From assembly GCA_947501605.1 (NCBI GenBank), contig CANMWZ010000010.1, positions 46,688 through 110,687 on the forward strand: DNA of 64,000 nucleotides, given 5' to 3'. The notes beneath the pieces are model-generated. The model ran no database searches. It saw only the letters and a list, made by a program, of their open reading frames with translations, and was not told where the DNA came from. The position numbers and the translations under genes are program-made. This DNA is from Planctomycetota bacterium (GTDB taxonomy: Bacteria; Planctomycetota; UBA1135; UBA2386). Below, piece after piece: positions 7,561 through 18,281 of this stretch (its first letter is position 1; each line of letters opens with the position of its first letter).

Positions 7561-10302
7561 TCAGCTCTTCGAGCCGTCGCCCGAGCCCCCATCGCCCGAG
7601 CTTCCGTCGCCCTTGGACTTGGGCTCGGCCTGCTTTTGCAGCAGGTTGCGGAGGCCCGCGAGCGAGGTCAACTCGCCGCGGTGGCCCTTGGTCTCCGCTG
7701 CTTCGCGACCGCTCTCGATCGTGAACACGCGCGGATCGTTGGCGCGGCCAGGACCGCGATCGTCGCGATCGCGCCCGCCACGGTCCCCGCGATCGTCGCG
7801 GCCGCCAAAGCGGCTACCCCGGCCGCCACCATCGCGGCCACCAAAGCGCCCGCCGCCGCCTTCGCGACCGCGTCCACCGTGGCGCTCACCGCCGCCCTTC
7901 TGGCCTTCTCCGACGGCTGCCGGCGTTGCGCCTTCGACCGGCGCTTCGCCGCTCTCGAGCAGCATCCGATCCTTCTCGGGCTTGCCTTCCGGGGTCAGCG
8001 GCGCCGAACGGTTGCGGCCGCGGCGGCTTTCCGGGGCCCGCGCGGCGCGCGACAACACCGGTGTCTGCGGCTCGTCGCGGCGCGGGCGGCGCTCACGGCG
8101 ATCGGCCGGGCGATCGAGTTTCTCGCCGAGCGTGGGGGCCCGCCCTTCGAACACGTGACGCGGCGGGTGCATCGTCAGCGAGATCTTGCGCGTCTCCAGG
8201 TCAAGGTGCGCGATCCAGACTTGCACGACCTCGCCGACGCGTAGCATTTGCTGCGGGTCGCGGAGCCGGTAGCCGGGGATCTGCGAGATGTGGATCAGCC
8301 CGTCCTGACCGATGCCGAGATCGACGAACGCGCCGAACTCTGTGAGATTGGCGATCCGACCCCGCAGTTCGAGGTCGACTCGCAAGTCGGCCATCGTGTG
8401 CACGCCCTGGTTGGTCGTCGCGGTTAGTTCCCCGCGCGCGTCCGTGCTGGCGTTGCGCAGCGCATTCACGGTGTTCAGCACACGTTGACGGTCGACATCC
8501 GGGCCGGTGAAGGCATCAAGGTCCGCATCCCGCAGGTCCTTGCCGAACAGCTCTTGGACCGCGACGCCCTGCTTCTGCGCGATCGCGCGGGCGATGTCGT
8601 AGTCTTGCGGCAGCACCGGGCTGCGATCGAGTGGCTCGTCGCCGCCTTCGATGTGGAGGAAGCTGCTGAAGTTGGCGACGGTTGCTGCATCAAAACCCGC
8701 AACCTCGAGTAGCTGCGCCCGATTGCGGAAGCCGCCGATCTTCTTCTTGTGGTCCAGGATCGACTTGGCGCGCTCCGCGCCGACGCCGGGCACATAGGCC
8801 AACAGATCGAGATCTGCCGTGTTCAGGTCGACCCCGACGGCGCCGACGCACGAGCTGACGACGGCGTCGAGCTCGCGCTCCAGCACGCCCTGGTGCACGT
8901 CATCCAGGGTCTGGCCGAGTCCCAGTGTGCGGAACTCCATCCCGAGCAATTCGCGCATCGGGTCCTGCAGCCGGCGGCCCAGTGAGATCGCAGTGCGCAC
9001 GCCGACTTCGACGCCAGGCATCGCGCGGCGGCCGGTGGAGCTGGTCGCGAAGATCGCCGAAGCCGCTTCGTCGACCGGGATCAGCATCGGTAGCTCTTCT
9101 TTGGTGAGCGACTGGCGCAATGACTCGACGAGTTTCTCGGCGGCAATCTGGCGCTTGCCGTGCGGCAGTGCGATCGCGGCCGGCTTCTCGGTGCGGATCA
9201 AGGTGCAGAGTTCCGCGACCATCGCCGAGCGCTGTTCGTCGGTCTCGCTGTGCAGCGTCTTGTGCTGTGCGACCGAGCCATCTTCGCCGAGCAGGGCGAG
9301 CCACACCGTCTTGCTGCTGTTGCGCAGAGCCAGCACCTTCTTGTGCCCGAGCGGGGGGGCCATCAACTGCGAGCGGAGGTTGCGCGCGTAGGTGCGCACC
9401 GCTTCGCGGTCGGCCTTCTCTTTGAGGCGGCGACGGACATCGCGACCGCAGCCAGCGCACAAGCCGCTCTGCCAGGCGTGGTCGAAGACGACGTCATAGA
9501 ACTCGCGCAGCGGCGAATCGGCCGGCAAGTCGTCACAGTGCAAGGATCGCAGCACCTCGCGGTGCTGTTGGTCGGGCAGCGTCAGTTCGAGCTCAAGGAT
9601 CTTCTCACGCTCGGCGCGGCGCAGCGCCAGCATGCGGCTGGCAGAGATACGGCTGATGGGCTCGGCGAAGTTGAAGAACTGCTCATAGCGTTCTTGACCA
9701 CCCTTGCCGGGATTGACAGCCTTGGCGCGCAGGACGCCGCGGCGCAGTTCGTCGCGACACTTTGCCCGCGTCGTTGGATCGAGCACGATCTTCTCGGCGA
9801 GGATCAAGGCAACGCCTTCGAGTACGGACTCCACGGACGGCATGCCGTTCGCTTCCGACACGTACTGCTGCGCGGCTTCGGCGAGGCCTTGTTCCCCGAG
9901 TTGCCGGTGCTGGATCGCCAAGGCCAATGGCAGCAGGCCCTTCTCCTCCATCTGCATCGCCGTCGTGCGGCGGCGCGGACGCAGCGACTGGTAGAGATCG
10001 TCGATCAGGTCCTGGTCGAAGCAGGTCTGCAGCATTGTGCGCAGCGGCTCGACCTCCCGACCGCGCTCCTGCGCTTGCTGGAGGATCGCATCCTTGCGCT
10101 GCTCCAGTTCGAGGAGGAAGTGCAGCCGGTCCGCGATCGCCGCCAGCCGGTCTTCCGGCATGCCGCCGCACAGGTGGCGACGGAAGCGAGCGATGAGGAC
10201 GGGCGGCTCACCGTGTTCGAGCAGGGACACCGCGGCGGCGATGTGGTCCTTGTTGCTGTCGAATTCGGCGCAGAGACGATCGAGGGTGGCGTCGTTTGCC
10301 AT
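7561..10302 (-). CDS. tex: Tex/YhgF family transcription accessory protein (YqgF, HhH and S1 domains) with an R/G-rich tail
   Basis: LIARFRRHLCGGM, RMLALRRAERE, RTAISLGRRLQDP, VGVDLNTA, S1 FGAFVDLGIGQDGLIHISQ; start MANDAT at 10302. Confidence 0.9.
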   Translation of the reverse strand: MANDATLDRLCAEFDSNKDHIAAAVSLLEHGEPPVLIARFRRHLCGGMPEDRLAAIADRLHFLLELEQRKDAILQQAQERGREVEPLRTMLQTCFDQDLIDDLYQSLRPRRRTTAMQMEEKGLLPLALAIQHRQLGEQGLAEAAQQYVSEANGMPSVESVLEGVALILAEKIVLDPTTRAKCRDELRRGVLRAKAVNPGKGGQERYEQFFNFAEPISRISASRMLALRRAEREKILELELTLPDQQHREVLRSLHCDDLPADSPLREFYDVVFDHAWQSGLCAGCGRDVRRRLKEKADREAVRTYARNLRSQLMAPPLGHKKVLALRNSSKTVWLALLGEDGSVAQHKTLHSETDEQRSAMVAELCTLIRTEKPAAIALPHGKRQIAAEKLVESLRQSLTKEELPMLIPVDEAASAIFATSSTGRRAMPGVEVGVRTAISLGRRLQDPMRELLGMEFRTLGLGQTLDDVHQGVLERELDAVVSSCVGAVGVDLNTADLDLLAYVPGVGAERAKSILDHKKKIGGFRNRAQLLEVAGFDAATVANFSSFLHIEGGDEPLDRSPVLPQDYDIARAIAQKQGVAVQELFGKDLRDADLDAFTGPDVDRQRVLNTVNALRNASTDARGELTATTNQGVHTMADLRVDLELRGRIANLTEFGAFVDLGIGQDGLIHISQIPGYRLRDPQQMLRVGEVVQVWIAHLDLETRKISLTMHPPRHVFEGRAPTLGEKLDRPADRRERRPRRDEPQTPVLSRAARAPESRRGRNRSAPLTPEGKPEKDRMLLESGEAPVEGATPAAVGEGQKGGGERHGGRGREGGGGRFGGRDGGGRGSRFGGRDDRGDRGGRDRDDRGPGRANDPRVFTIESGREAAETKGHRGELTSLAGLRNLLQKQAEPKSKGDGSSGDGGSGDGSKS

Positions 10303-10552
10303 GGGGCTTAGCCGTGGGGGATCCCAGGCTGGCTGTCTTCGGGAGAGAACCTGTGGACGGAGGATCCTGCTGCAGCGGGCTGCAGCGTGCGGCGAAAGCG
10401 CAGGGTCGCTAGGCGGCGCGGAAACGGCGCGGAACCATAGCAGACATCTTCGCCGGACCACAGGGGCCCATGGCCAGACCCGCGGCGTTCGCGCCCAGGC
10501 GGAGGACAGAACGTTGCGGTGGGCCCTCCTGGACTCCAAGATCAGATCCCCG

Positions 10553-11623
10553 ATGACCGCCAACGGCGAGCTTTCCAACGTCCGTCGGATTTTTGTGCGG
10601 GCGCCAAACTGGGTCGGGGATTTCGTCATGGCGACGGCCGCGTTCGCCCGCATCCGGCGGGCGTTTCCTGCGGCTCACATTGCCCTCGGCGGGCGACCCT
10701 TCTTGCAGCCGCTGATCGCTGGCAGCGATTGGTGCGATGAGTTCCTGCCGACCCCTAGAGCCGGCGGCCTGCGCGGGTTGCTCGCCCAGATTCGGGCTGT
10801 GCGGCAGGGCCGCTTCGACCTCGCGGTGGTGTTGCCGAACTCCCTGGAGACGGGGCTGGTACCGTTCCTCGCCGGTGTGCCGCTGCGCCTTGGCTACCGC
10901 CAGGGGCGGCCGCTGCTGATGAACCGCGGCCTCACCGTGCCGGCGCAGCGCCAGCTGTGGCAGAAACGCGTCGGTCCAAGGCGCAAGCCGGTACCGATGC
11001 CGCGCTACTACAAAGAACTGCTCGACGTGCTGCAGTTGCCGGGCGCCGATATGCACCCGCAACTGTGTGTGACCCAGGAGGAGTCGGCCTGGGTCGATGC
11101 CGACCTCGAGGCTCGCGGGATCGGCCCACACGAACGCATCGTCTTGATCGTGGTCGGAGCCAACTTCGGCGCCAGCAAACTGTGGTTGCCGGAGCGCTTC
11201 GCCGAGGTCGCCCGCCACTTCCGAGCGCTTGGCTACCGCCCGCTCGTGACCGTGGGGCCGAGCGAGGTTGACCTCGGCAAGCGAATCGCCGAGGCCGGCG
11301 GCGTGCAGGCCCTGGTCGATCCCGTTCTGCCGCTCGACAAGCTCAAGGCTCTGGTTCAGCGTTGTGTGCTGATGGTGACCGGGGACACCGGCCCTCGGCA
11401 CCTCGCCGTGGCGTTCGATCGACCCGTCGTGTGCTTGATGGGGCCGACCGACCGCAGCTACACGGATTACTGCACGGAACGCACCGAGTTGATCCAGAAG
11501 GACCTCCCATGTGTGCCGTGTCAGCGCAAAGTGTGCCCACTGGGGCACCATCAGTGCATGCGCGATATCGCGGTCGCGGACGTGGTGGCTGCAAGCGAGC
11601 GGTTGCTCACCCGCTGGACGTAG
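10553..11623 (+). CDS. waaF: Lipopolysaccharide heptosyltransferase II (GT9)
   Basis: RAPNWVGDFVMA, GANFGASKLW, TGDTGPRHLAVA, C-terminal PCVPCQRKVCPLGHHQCM. Confidence 0.85.
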   Translation: MTANGELSNVRRIFVRAPNWVGDFVMATAAFARIRRAFPAAHIALGGRPFLQPLIAGSDWCDEFLPTPRAGGLRGLLAQIRAVRQGRFDLAVVLPNSLETGLVPFLAGVPLRLGYRQGRPLLMNRGLTVPAQRQLWQKRVGPRRKPVPMPRYYKELLDVLQLPGADMHPQLCVTQEESAWVDADLEARGIGPHERIVLIVVGANFGASKLWLPERFAEVARHFRALGYRPLVTVGPSEVDLGKRIAEAGGVQALVDPVLPLDKLKALVQRCVLMVTGDTGPRHLAVAFDRPVVCLMGPTDRSYTDYCTERTELIQKDLPCVPCQRKVCPLGHHQCMRDIAVADVVAASERLLTRWT

Positions 11624-11635
11624 GGCCGGCGGGCG

Positions 11636-12865
11636 TTACTGCGTGAAGGCCGCGGCGCAGAAGCTGACGACCTGACTACCGTCCTCAGCAAGAGCTTGGC
11701 CGTAGTGGAGCAGCGACGCCTGGCCTTCCGCCAGCAGCGCACACAGGGTGATCGCGGGCGCCGAGCACACCCGGTCGTCGTTGCCCGGCCCTTCGATGGC
11801 CTGATGAAACGCTCCGGCATCGCCGCGCGTCAGGTGGACTAGGCGCCCCCGGTCATCGTGCTCCAGGCGCGCGCAGCGGGCGCGGTCCACCGGTTCGACA
11901 TCGTCGAATAGCGGGCCCAAGTGGGCGAGGTCGGCACCGGCGATCCACAGGACCCGACCGCCGCGCTGCGCGGCCGCAGCTCGGAACGATGCGACCAGCC
12001 GGTGCAGCCAGGGCTCGCGGGTCGGGTCACCATCCCCAGAGGGCAGGGCGCCGCAGAGAAACGCGGCGACGGTCGGCGGCGGCAGGCGCAGCTGTTCATG
12101 AACGAACTGCAGCCACAGCACCTGGAACTCCAGCGAGTGTTCGCCGCGGTGCATCAGCACGTCCTCGGTCCGGGGGGCGTGAACTTCTTGGTGCACGGCG
12201 GCCACAAAGGCGCGGTCCGTTCTGCAGGTTCCAAGCGGCGTGCTCCAGTCGAGCGCAAGGCCCGCGACGGGGCCAGCTGGGCCTTGGTGACCGGTCCCGA
12301 AGAGAACGTAGAGATCGGCTGGTCCGCTAGCGAGTAGGTGACCGTAGGCGGCGCCGTAGCCGAGCTGGCCACGAAGGAGATCGATGTGCGGCGCGATCAG
12401 CCCCGTGGTGACACTCGTCAGTGCGGGGCGGGTCCGGCACAGAGACAGCGTCCGTTCGAGTTCGCGGCGCAGACCAGCAGCGTCGGCGGGATAGCCAGCC
12501 GACCCGGCATGCGCCGCCTCGCGAACGCCGGTCGCAAGCCACTGCGCCAAAACCTGGTCGCGGGCACGTTCGTAGCGCTCAGAGTGAAGCAGGAGTCGCT
12601 CGTCAAGGTGTGCGACGAGACCGGCGACGTCCGCCGGTCGGATGGCAAGGCGGAGCTCGCGGCTCGCTGCCGTTGCGATCGCGGCCACCGACTGCATGCC
12701 ATCGAGACGTATTAAGACCGGCAAGAACTCGCGCGGTACGAAGCTCGGCTCGGCAATCCCCAGCGGATCATGGAAGGCGATGCCATCGACGTTCTGGTGC
12801 ACGACGCGTTCGCTCGGCAGGGCGCGTAGCGGCGGCGGGCAGTACGAAGGATCGGCCTTGGACAT
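11636..12865 (-). CDS. amrB: AmmeMemoRadiSam system protein B (MEMO1 family)
   Basis: AGSAGYPAD, IAPHID, GTGH, EHSLEFQ, ADLAHLG motifs; start MSKADP. Confidence 0.85.
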   Translation of the reverse strand: MSKADPSYCPPPLRALPSERVVHQNVDGIAFHDPLGIAEPSFVPREFLPVLIRLDGMQSVAAIATAASRELRLAIRPADVAGLVAHLDERLLLHSERYERARDQVLAQWLATGVREAAHAGSAGYPADAAGLRRELERTLSLCRTRPALTSVTTGLIAPHIDLLRGQLGYGAAYGHLLASGPADLYVLFGTGHQGPAGPVAGLALDWSTPLGTCRTDRAFVAAVHQEVHAPRTEDVLMHRGEHSLEFQVLWLQFVHEQLRLPPPTVAAFLCGALPSGDGDPTREPWLHRLVASFRAAAAQRGGRVLWIAGADLAHLGPLFDDVEPVDRARCARLEHDDRGRLVHLTRGDAGAFHQAIEGPGNDDRVCSAPAITLCALLAEGQASLLHYGQALAEDGSQVVSFCAAAFTQ

Positions 12866-12954
12866 GGGCGGGGTAGGATAGCTGGCCGGGGGGTCGCTGC
12901 GGCGACGCCCACAGGCTAACCAAGACTGCTGGGGCGAGACCCCGCGTCCGATCC

Positions 12955-14964
12955 ATGTCGCAAGAAACCTTCCTGCTGCTCGTTGCCCGCGATGGCCAGA
13001 CGGAGACGCATGCATTCCGTCAGGATGCGGTCACTATCGGCCGTTCGCATGAGTGCGACTTGGCCCTCCCGGATCGGCTGATCTCCCGAATGCACTGTCG
13101 CGTCGAGCGGGTGGACGAGGGCTTTGCGCTGGTCGACCTCGGGGCCCAGAACCCTGCCCGGCTGCGCAATCGGCCAGTGGTCCGCGCCGAGTTGCGCCCA
13201 GGGGATTCGTTCACGATGGGCAGCTACGAGATCACGCTCTCGGTGCCAGCCGAGGAGCATGCCTCGATCGAGGACACCCGTCTGCACGGCGACGCGCGCA
13301 GCGCCCACGACCTTTCGACGTTCCTCTCGATCGCCAAGTCACTGAACGAAGAGCACCAACTGACGCGACTGCTCACGCAGATCGTCGATGCGGCGATCGA
13401 ACTGGGCTCGGCCGAGCGGGGCTTCTTGATCCTGGCCAGCGGCGAGGACCACTCGGTCGAAGTTGCGCGGAACTTCGCGCAAGAAGAGGTGCTGTCGCCA
13501 GAACACAAGGTGTCGCGCACGATCGCGCGTCGAGTGCTCGAGTCCGGCGTCCCGGAGTTGACGACCAACGCGCAGCAGGATGATCGCTTCCGCGATCTGC
13601 AGTCGGTATCCGATCTGCGGCTGCGCTCGGTGCTGTGCATGCCGATCCGCATCCAGGGCAAGGTCGGCGGCGTGCTCTACATCGACAACCGGCTACAGCA
13701 ACAGGCCTTTGGGGAGCGCGAGAAGCAGTTGCTGACGTCGCTGTCGGACTATGCGGGCGTTGCGATCCAGAACGCGCGTACGCGCGAGGAAATCGAGCGC
13801 AAGACGCTCGACTTGCAGCAGGCGCTCGACCGGGTCGATCAGCTGAACGCGGCCTTGAAGGGCCAGCTGCAACAGAAGACGGCGGAGCTGAGTGAGATTC
13901 GTGAGGAACTCTCGTCGCAGAGCCACGGGCCGCGAACGAAGTACGACTACAAGCACATAGTCGGCACGGGGCGCGCGATGCGTGTCGTGTTCAACCTGCT
14001 CGACAAGTACATCGAGACCGATGATCCGGTGATGGTCGCTGGCGAATCCGGCACTGGCAAAGAGCTGGTCGCCCGCGCCATCCATTCACAGAGCCATCGG
14101 GCGCAGAAGCCGTTCATCAGCGAGAACTGCGCGGCGCTGCCCGAGTCCTTGCTCGAGAGCGAGTTGTTCGGTTACGTCAAAGGTGCCTTCACTGGGGCTA
14201 CCGGCAACAAGAAGGGCCTGCTCGAACTCGCCGACGGTGGCGTGCTGTTCCTCGACGAGGTCGGAGATATGCCGCTCGACCTGCAGAAGAAGTTGCTGCG
14301 CGTGCTGCAAGAAGGCGAAGTGCGCCCGATTGGCGGCAGCGAGACCAAGAAGGTCGACGTGCGGTTGATCACGGCCACCAACCGGAATCTCGATGAGATG
14401 GTGAAGGAAGGCGACTTCCGCGAGGACTTGTTCTATCGGATCTCGGTCCTGCCGATCACGCTGCCGCCACTGCGCGAGCGCCGCGAGGACATCCCGTTCC
14501 TCATCAAGCGGTTCCTCACCGACGTCATGCACCCGCAGCACGGACGTGTGCGACTGTCCGCCGAAGCGCTGCAGAAGCTGGTCGAGTTTCATTGGCCCGG
14601 CAACGTGCGCGAGCTGCAGAACGAGTTGCGGCGTGCGTCCGTTCTTTGCGATGGTCTGATTCTCGAGTCCCACCTGTCGCCGCAAGTTCGCTCCGGTGGC
14701 GGACCGCCCGTTGCTGACTTTGCCGATCACGGGCTCGTACCTGCCGAACGCGGCACGTCATTGCCCGACATGGTCACCGACCTCGAGGTGCGTGAGATCA
14801 AGAAGGCCTGGGCCAAAGCCCTCGGCAACAAGAGTCGCGCGGCGGACATGCTTGGCCTGTCGCGCTTCACGTTGCAGCGCAAGCTGGAGAAGTACGGCAT
14901 GGATGCGGGCGGCGGCGAGGGCAGCAGTCGAGACGAAGCGGGCGAGGACCGCGCCCCGTCATGA
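12955..14964 (+). CDS. Sigma54-dependent activator: FHA + GAF + AAA+ + Fis-type HTH
   Basis: [69 protein letters not shown]-terminal HTH. Confidence 0.95.
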   Translation: MSQETFLLLVARDGQTETHAFRQDAVTIGRSHECDLALPDRLISRMHCRVERVDEGFALVDLGAQNPARLRNRPVVRAELRPGDSFTMGSYEITLSVPAEEHASIEDTRLHGDARSAHDLSTFLSIAKSLNEEHQLTRLLTQIVDAAIELGSAERGFLILASGEDHSVEVARNFAQEEVLSPEHKVSRTIARRVLESGVPELTTNAQQDDRFRDLQSVSDLRLRSVLCMPIRIQGKVGGVLYIDNRLQQQAFGEREKQLLTSLSDYAGVAIQNARTREEIERKTLDLQQALDRVDQLNAALKGQLQQKTAELSEIREELSSQSHGPRTKYDYKHIVGTGRAMRVVFNLLDKYIETDDPVMVAGESGTGKELVARAIHSQSHRAQKPFISENCAALPESLLESELFGYVKGAFTGATGNKKGLLELADGGVLFLDEVGDMPLDLQKKLLRVLQEGEVRPIGGSETKKVDVRLITATNRNLDEMVKEGDFREDLFYRISVLPITLPPLRERREDIPFLIKRFLTDVMHPQHGRVRLSAEALQKLVEFHWPGNVRELQNELRRASVLCDGLILESHLSPQVRSGGGPPVADFADHGLVPAERGTSLPDMVTDLEVREIKKAWAKALGNKSRAADMLGLSRFTLQRKLEKYGMDAGGGEGSSRDEAGEDRAPS

Positions 14965-17900
14965 CCTTCGCGCAGCCCTTCCGCGAGTATGAGATCCTCG
15001 ATCGCGTCGGCGCCGGGGCCATGGGGACCGTGTTCAAGGCACGGCACGGCAAGCTCGGGCGCATCGTCGCCCTCAAGGTGCTTCGTCCGTCGCTCGCGCG
15101 CGACAAGCGTTACGTCGATCGACTGCGGCGCGAGGCGCGCATCGTCGCGGCGCTGAACCACCCCAACATCGTCACGGGCTACGACCTTGGTGAGGAAGGC
15201 GGCTACCACTACTTCGTCATGGAGTTTGTCGAAGGCCGTTCGCTCCGGTCGTTGCTGACGGAGTGGGGCATTTTCCCGGAGGACCAGGTTCTCAACGTCG
15301 CCATCCAGGTCGCGGCCGCGCTCGACCATGCCTTCCAGCGTGGTGTGATCCATCGCGACATCAAGCCAGGCAACATCCTCATCGACGAAGCGGGCGCGGT
15401 CAAAGTCACGGACATGGGGCTGGCCAAGGGCCCTGCCGACCTGGCGCTCACGCGCGATGGTTCGACGGTTGGAACGCCCCAGTACATTTCCCCGGAGCAG
15501 GCTCGCAACCCGCAGGATGCGGATGTGCGCAGCGACCTCTACTCGCTCGGCGCAACCCTGTACCACATGGCCACGGGCCAGCCGCCGTTCCAGGGAACGT
15601 CCTTGGCCGAGGTCATCACCCAGGTTTTGAACGACTCGCCGGTTGCACCGCGGGTCATCAACCGCGACCTCAGCGAGGGCATGGCGCTGGTCATTCGCAA
15701 GCTCCTGGCCAAGAGCCCGAAGCTTCGTTACCAGACACCACGTGAGTTGCTCGACGACCTCGATCGCGTCAAGAAGGAGCTGCCGCCGCAGGTCGACGAG
15801 AGTCGACTGTCGACTGAAGACACCGACCGGCAACCAGCGTTGTTGCGCTGGTCTCTCGCGATCGTCGGTGCCGGCGCGTTGATTGCCTTCGGCTACTGGC
15901 TCGGTCTTGGGCGCGGCGACCTACCGACGACTCCTGGAACGCCCGATGCGTTTGTCGCCGCGTTGCGCGTCGAACTCGACGCGATGGACACACCTGGACA
16001 ACAGTGGCTTCGCTACCTCGCACGGACGAAGGATGCGCCTTTTGGCGGCAGCGAGGCGCGGTTGCGGCTGCAGCGAGAGCTCGTTGCCGACCTGCAGACG
16101 GCAGTTGACACGCTGATTGCCGAGCTGCGTTCGTCCGGCTTCGCGCGCATCGCTGCCGATGTGCGCGACCCACAGCGCTGGCCCGAAGCCGCGGTCGTTG
16201 TCCGCGACCATGTCGGAACGTTGCTGCAATCCCGAGTCGGTCTGCTCCAGGACCAGCTACCGAATGGCGTCGTCGCGACCGAACTGGACCGCCTTCTGAA
16301 CGACATCGACCAACTGGTACGCCAGCGCGATCGCGCGCTTGTCGACCGCGCGCGCCTGCACCTCGAAGTCGAGCTTCCCTTGCGCGCGGAGGAGCGCGTG
16401 CGACAGCGGGACTTCAGCGGGGCGGAGCGCCTGTGGCGCGAAGGCTTCGTCGGCTTCTTCGATGGACTGCGGCAGCCGTTGCCGGAGCGGCTGGCGACGC
16501 CGCAGCGGCAAGCTCTCGAAGACAAGTTCGAACGGCTGCGCACTGTGGGCTTGGCGCAGCTCGATGCCGCGGAGCAGCTGACGCTCGCGGCCTTGCGCTT
16601 CGAGGCCGCCGAAGGTGCGAGAACCTTGCGCGCAGGGCTGGCTGCCGCAGCCGATCTCGACGGCGAGTTGCGGCGCGTACTGCTCTTGGCTTCGCGATTT
16701 CGCGAGCAGCTTGCCGCGGCGTATCCGCAGCCGGGTCGATTTCGGGCAGCCACCGATCCTTGGCAAGAGATCGCTGCCGCCGCGACCGCGTTGGAGCGCG
16801 AGGTGGACGAGCGGTTGACGGCGGCGATTCGTCGTCACGAGAACCAGCTTGCGGATCTGGCGTGGCGCGCATTCGTCGACGGCGATGCCGCGGCTGGCCT
16901 CTCGGTGTTGCCTCCACCTTCGAGCCCTGGTGCGGACCAGGTGGACTGGACCGAGGCACATCGAACGGCGTTGCGCGCCGCCGACGCGGTCGCGCGCGCC
17001 TGCGTCGAGGCGCTGCAAAAGGCCGCACCGCCGATCCCGGGCTACCCGCGTAACGGCGGCGTCCCGGTGGAACTGCGCGCCGGAGCGGATGGGCGACTCG
17101 ATGCCCGCGCGGTGGGCGGCACTTGGCGACAGGTGCAGTTGCAGGAGTTCCGGTTTGGCGACTTGTTGCAGCGCGCCATGGCGGCGAGTCCGGAGCGTAT
17201 GCAAGCGATCCCTGCTGACGATTTGCGCATCGGACGGACGGTGCTAGCGATGGCCTGCGATCAGCTCGATGTCCTCGCGGCGGACCTGCCGGCCGGGGAT
17301 CGGACCTTCCTTCGGGACGACGTCTGGCCGCGGCTGCTGCGCATGCGCAATGAGCCATCAGGCCGCGGCGAGGAGCGTGCCGTTGCGTTGCAGCGCCTGC
17401 GTGAGGCGCACACTCGCGCTATCACGCAACGGGACTTGCGCGAGCTCGAAGCCGTGTTGACGCAGTGGCAGATGGGGTTCGCCAGCGACGCCTCGGCCGC
17501 AGAGCGCTCGATTGCGACGGAGGCGGCCCACTTCATCAGCCGCGAGGGCATTCGCCAACTTCGTCAGGCCGAACTCACGCTGCGCGCCCCGGCAGACTCG
17601 ACCGTGACCGTTGTCGATCAAGGCAACTCGCTCCAGTCCGAGGTGCAGATCCCGGCCCCGGCGCTCCGCAACGCTGGGGATGGCTGGCAACTGCGCAGCG
17701 GTCGCCTCGAGTACGCGTGCGCGGTACCGCGGTGGCGGGATGTCCGCGAGCATCGTCTCGATGTCGACCCCGGCTTTGGCCCTGCGGTTGCGGACTGCAG
17801 TGCGGAGCTCGAGTTCGCGATGCCCGCGATCACCGAGGGCCAGCGTCTCTACGTACTGCAGTTCCACGGCATTGCCTGTGTGGTGTTCGCGACTGCGGAC

Positions 17901-18266
17901 GACCGCTGGCTTGCTGGCATCGTCGAAGGCGATGCGCTGAAGGCTCAGGATGTTGCCGCGGCGTTGCAGCGAGCGGTGCACGCCACGGCCGACCGACGGG
18001 GGGCTTCGATCGCCGGTTCCGCTGCCGCTGGCGGCGCGGAGCAACACCAGGGACGGCCGTCGGCCCTGCCGCTCGCGGTGCATCGGTTGCGCTTCTCGCT
18101 CCAGTGCGCGCCATCGCGTCGTACGGCCGCCGCAGTGGTGACCATCGATGGAGCGGAACTTTGCCGGCAGTTCGTGCCGTTCGAGCAAGGTCGCTCGTCG
18201 GGGCTGTTGCTCTACCCAATGCAGGAACTGTCGGTGCGTTCGGTTCGGTTCCGCGCCATCGACTGA
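14961..18266 (+). CDS. Membrane Ser/Thr protein kinase (Hanks type) with a large C-terminal, probably extracytoplasmic, domain
   Basis: GAGAMGTV, VALK, HRDIKPGN, DMG (DFG variant), GTPQYISPEQ, DLYSLG; TM segment around aa 297-317. Confidence 0.93.
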   Translation: MTFAQPFREYEILDRVGAGAMGTVFKARHGKLGRIVALKVLRPSLARDKRYVDRLRREARIVAALNHPNIVTGYDLGEEGGYHYFVMEFVEGRSLRSLLTEWGIFPEDQVLNVAIQVAAALDHAFQRGVIHRDIKPGNILIDEAGAVKVTDMGLAKGPADLALTRDGSTVGTPQYISPEQARNPQDADVRSDLYSLGATLYHMATGQPPFQGTSLAEVITQVLNDSPVAPRVINRDLSEGMALVIRKLLAKSPKLRYQTPRELLDDLDRVKKELPPQVDESRLSTEDTDRQPALLRWSLAIVGAGALIAFGYWLGLGRGDLPTTPGTPDAFVAALRVELDAMDTPGQQWLRYLARTKDAPFGGSEARLRLQRELVADLQTAVDTLIAELRSSGFARIAADVRDPQRWPEAAVVVRDHVGTLLQSRVGLLQDQLPNGVVATELDRLLNDIDQLVRQRDRALVDRARLHLEVELPLRAEERVRQRDFSGAERLWREGFVGFFDGLRQPLPERLATPQRQALEDKFERLRTVGLAQLDAAEQLTLAALRFEAAEGARTLRAGLAAAADLDGELRRVLLLASRFREQLAAAYPQPGRFRAATDPWQEIAAAATALEREVDERLTAAIRRHENQLADLAWRAFVDGDAAAGLSVLPPPSSPGADQVDWTEAHRTALRAADAVARACVEALQKAAPPIPGYPRNGGVPVELRAGADGRLDARAVGGTWRQVQLQEFRFGDLLQRAMAASPERMQAIPADDLRIGRTVLAMACDQLDVLAADLPAGDRTFLRDDVWPRLLRMRNEPSGRGEERAVALQRLREAHTRAITQRDLRELEAVLTQWQMGFASDASAAERSIATEAAHFISREGIRQLRQAELTLRAPADSTVTVVDQGNSLQSEVQIPAPALRNAGDGWQLRSGRLEYACAVPRWRDVREHRLDVDPGFGPAVADCSAELEFAMPAITEGQRLYVLQFHGIACVVFATADDRWLAGIVEGDALKAQDVAAALQRAVHATADRRGASIAGSAAAGGAEQHQGRPSALPLAVHRLRFSLQCAPSRRTAAAVVTIDGAELCRQFVPFEQGRSSGLLLYPMQELSVRSVRFRAID

Positions 18267-18281
18267 AGGGCGTTCCCTGAC

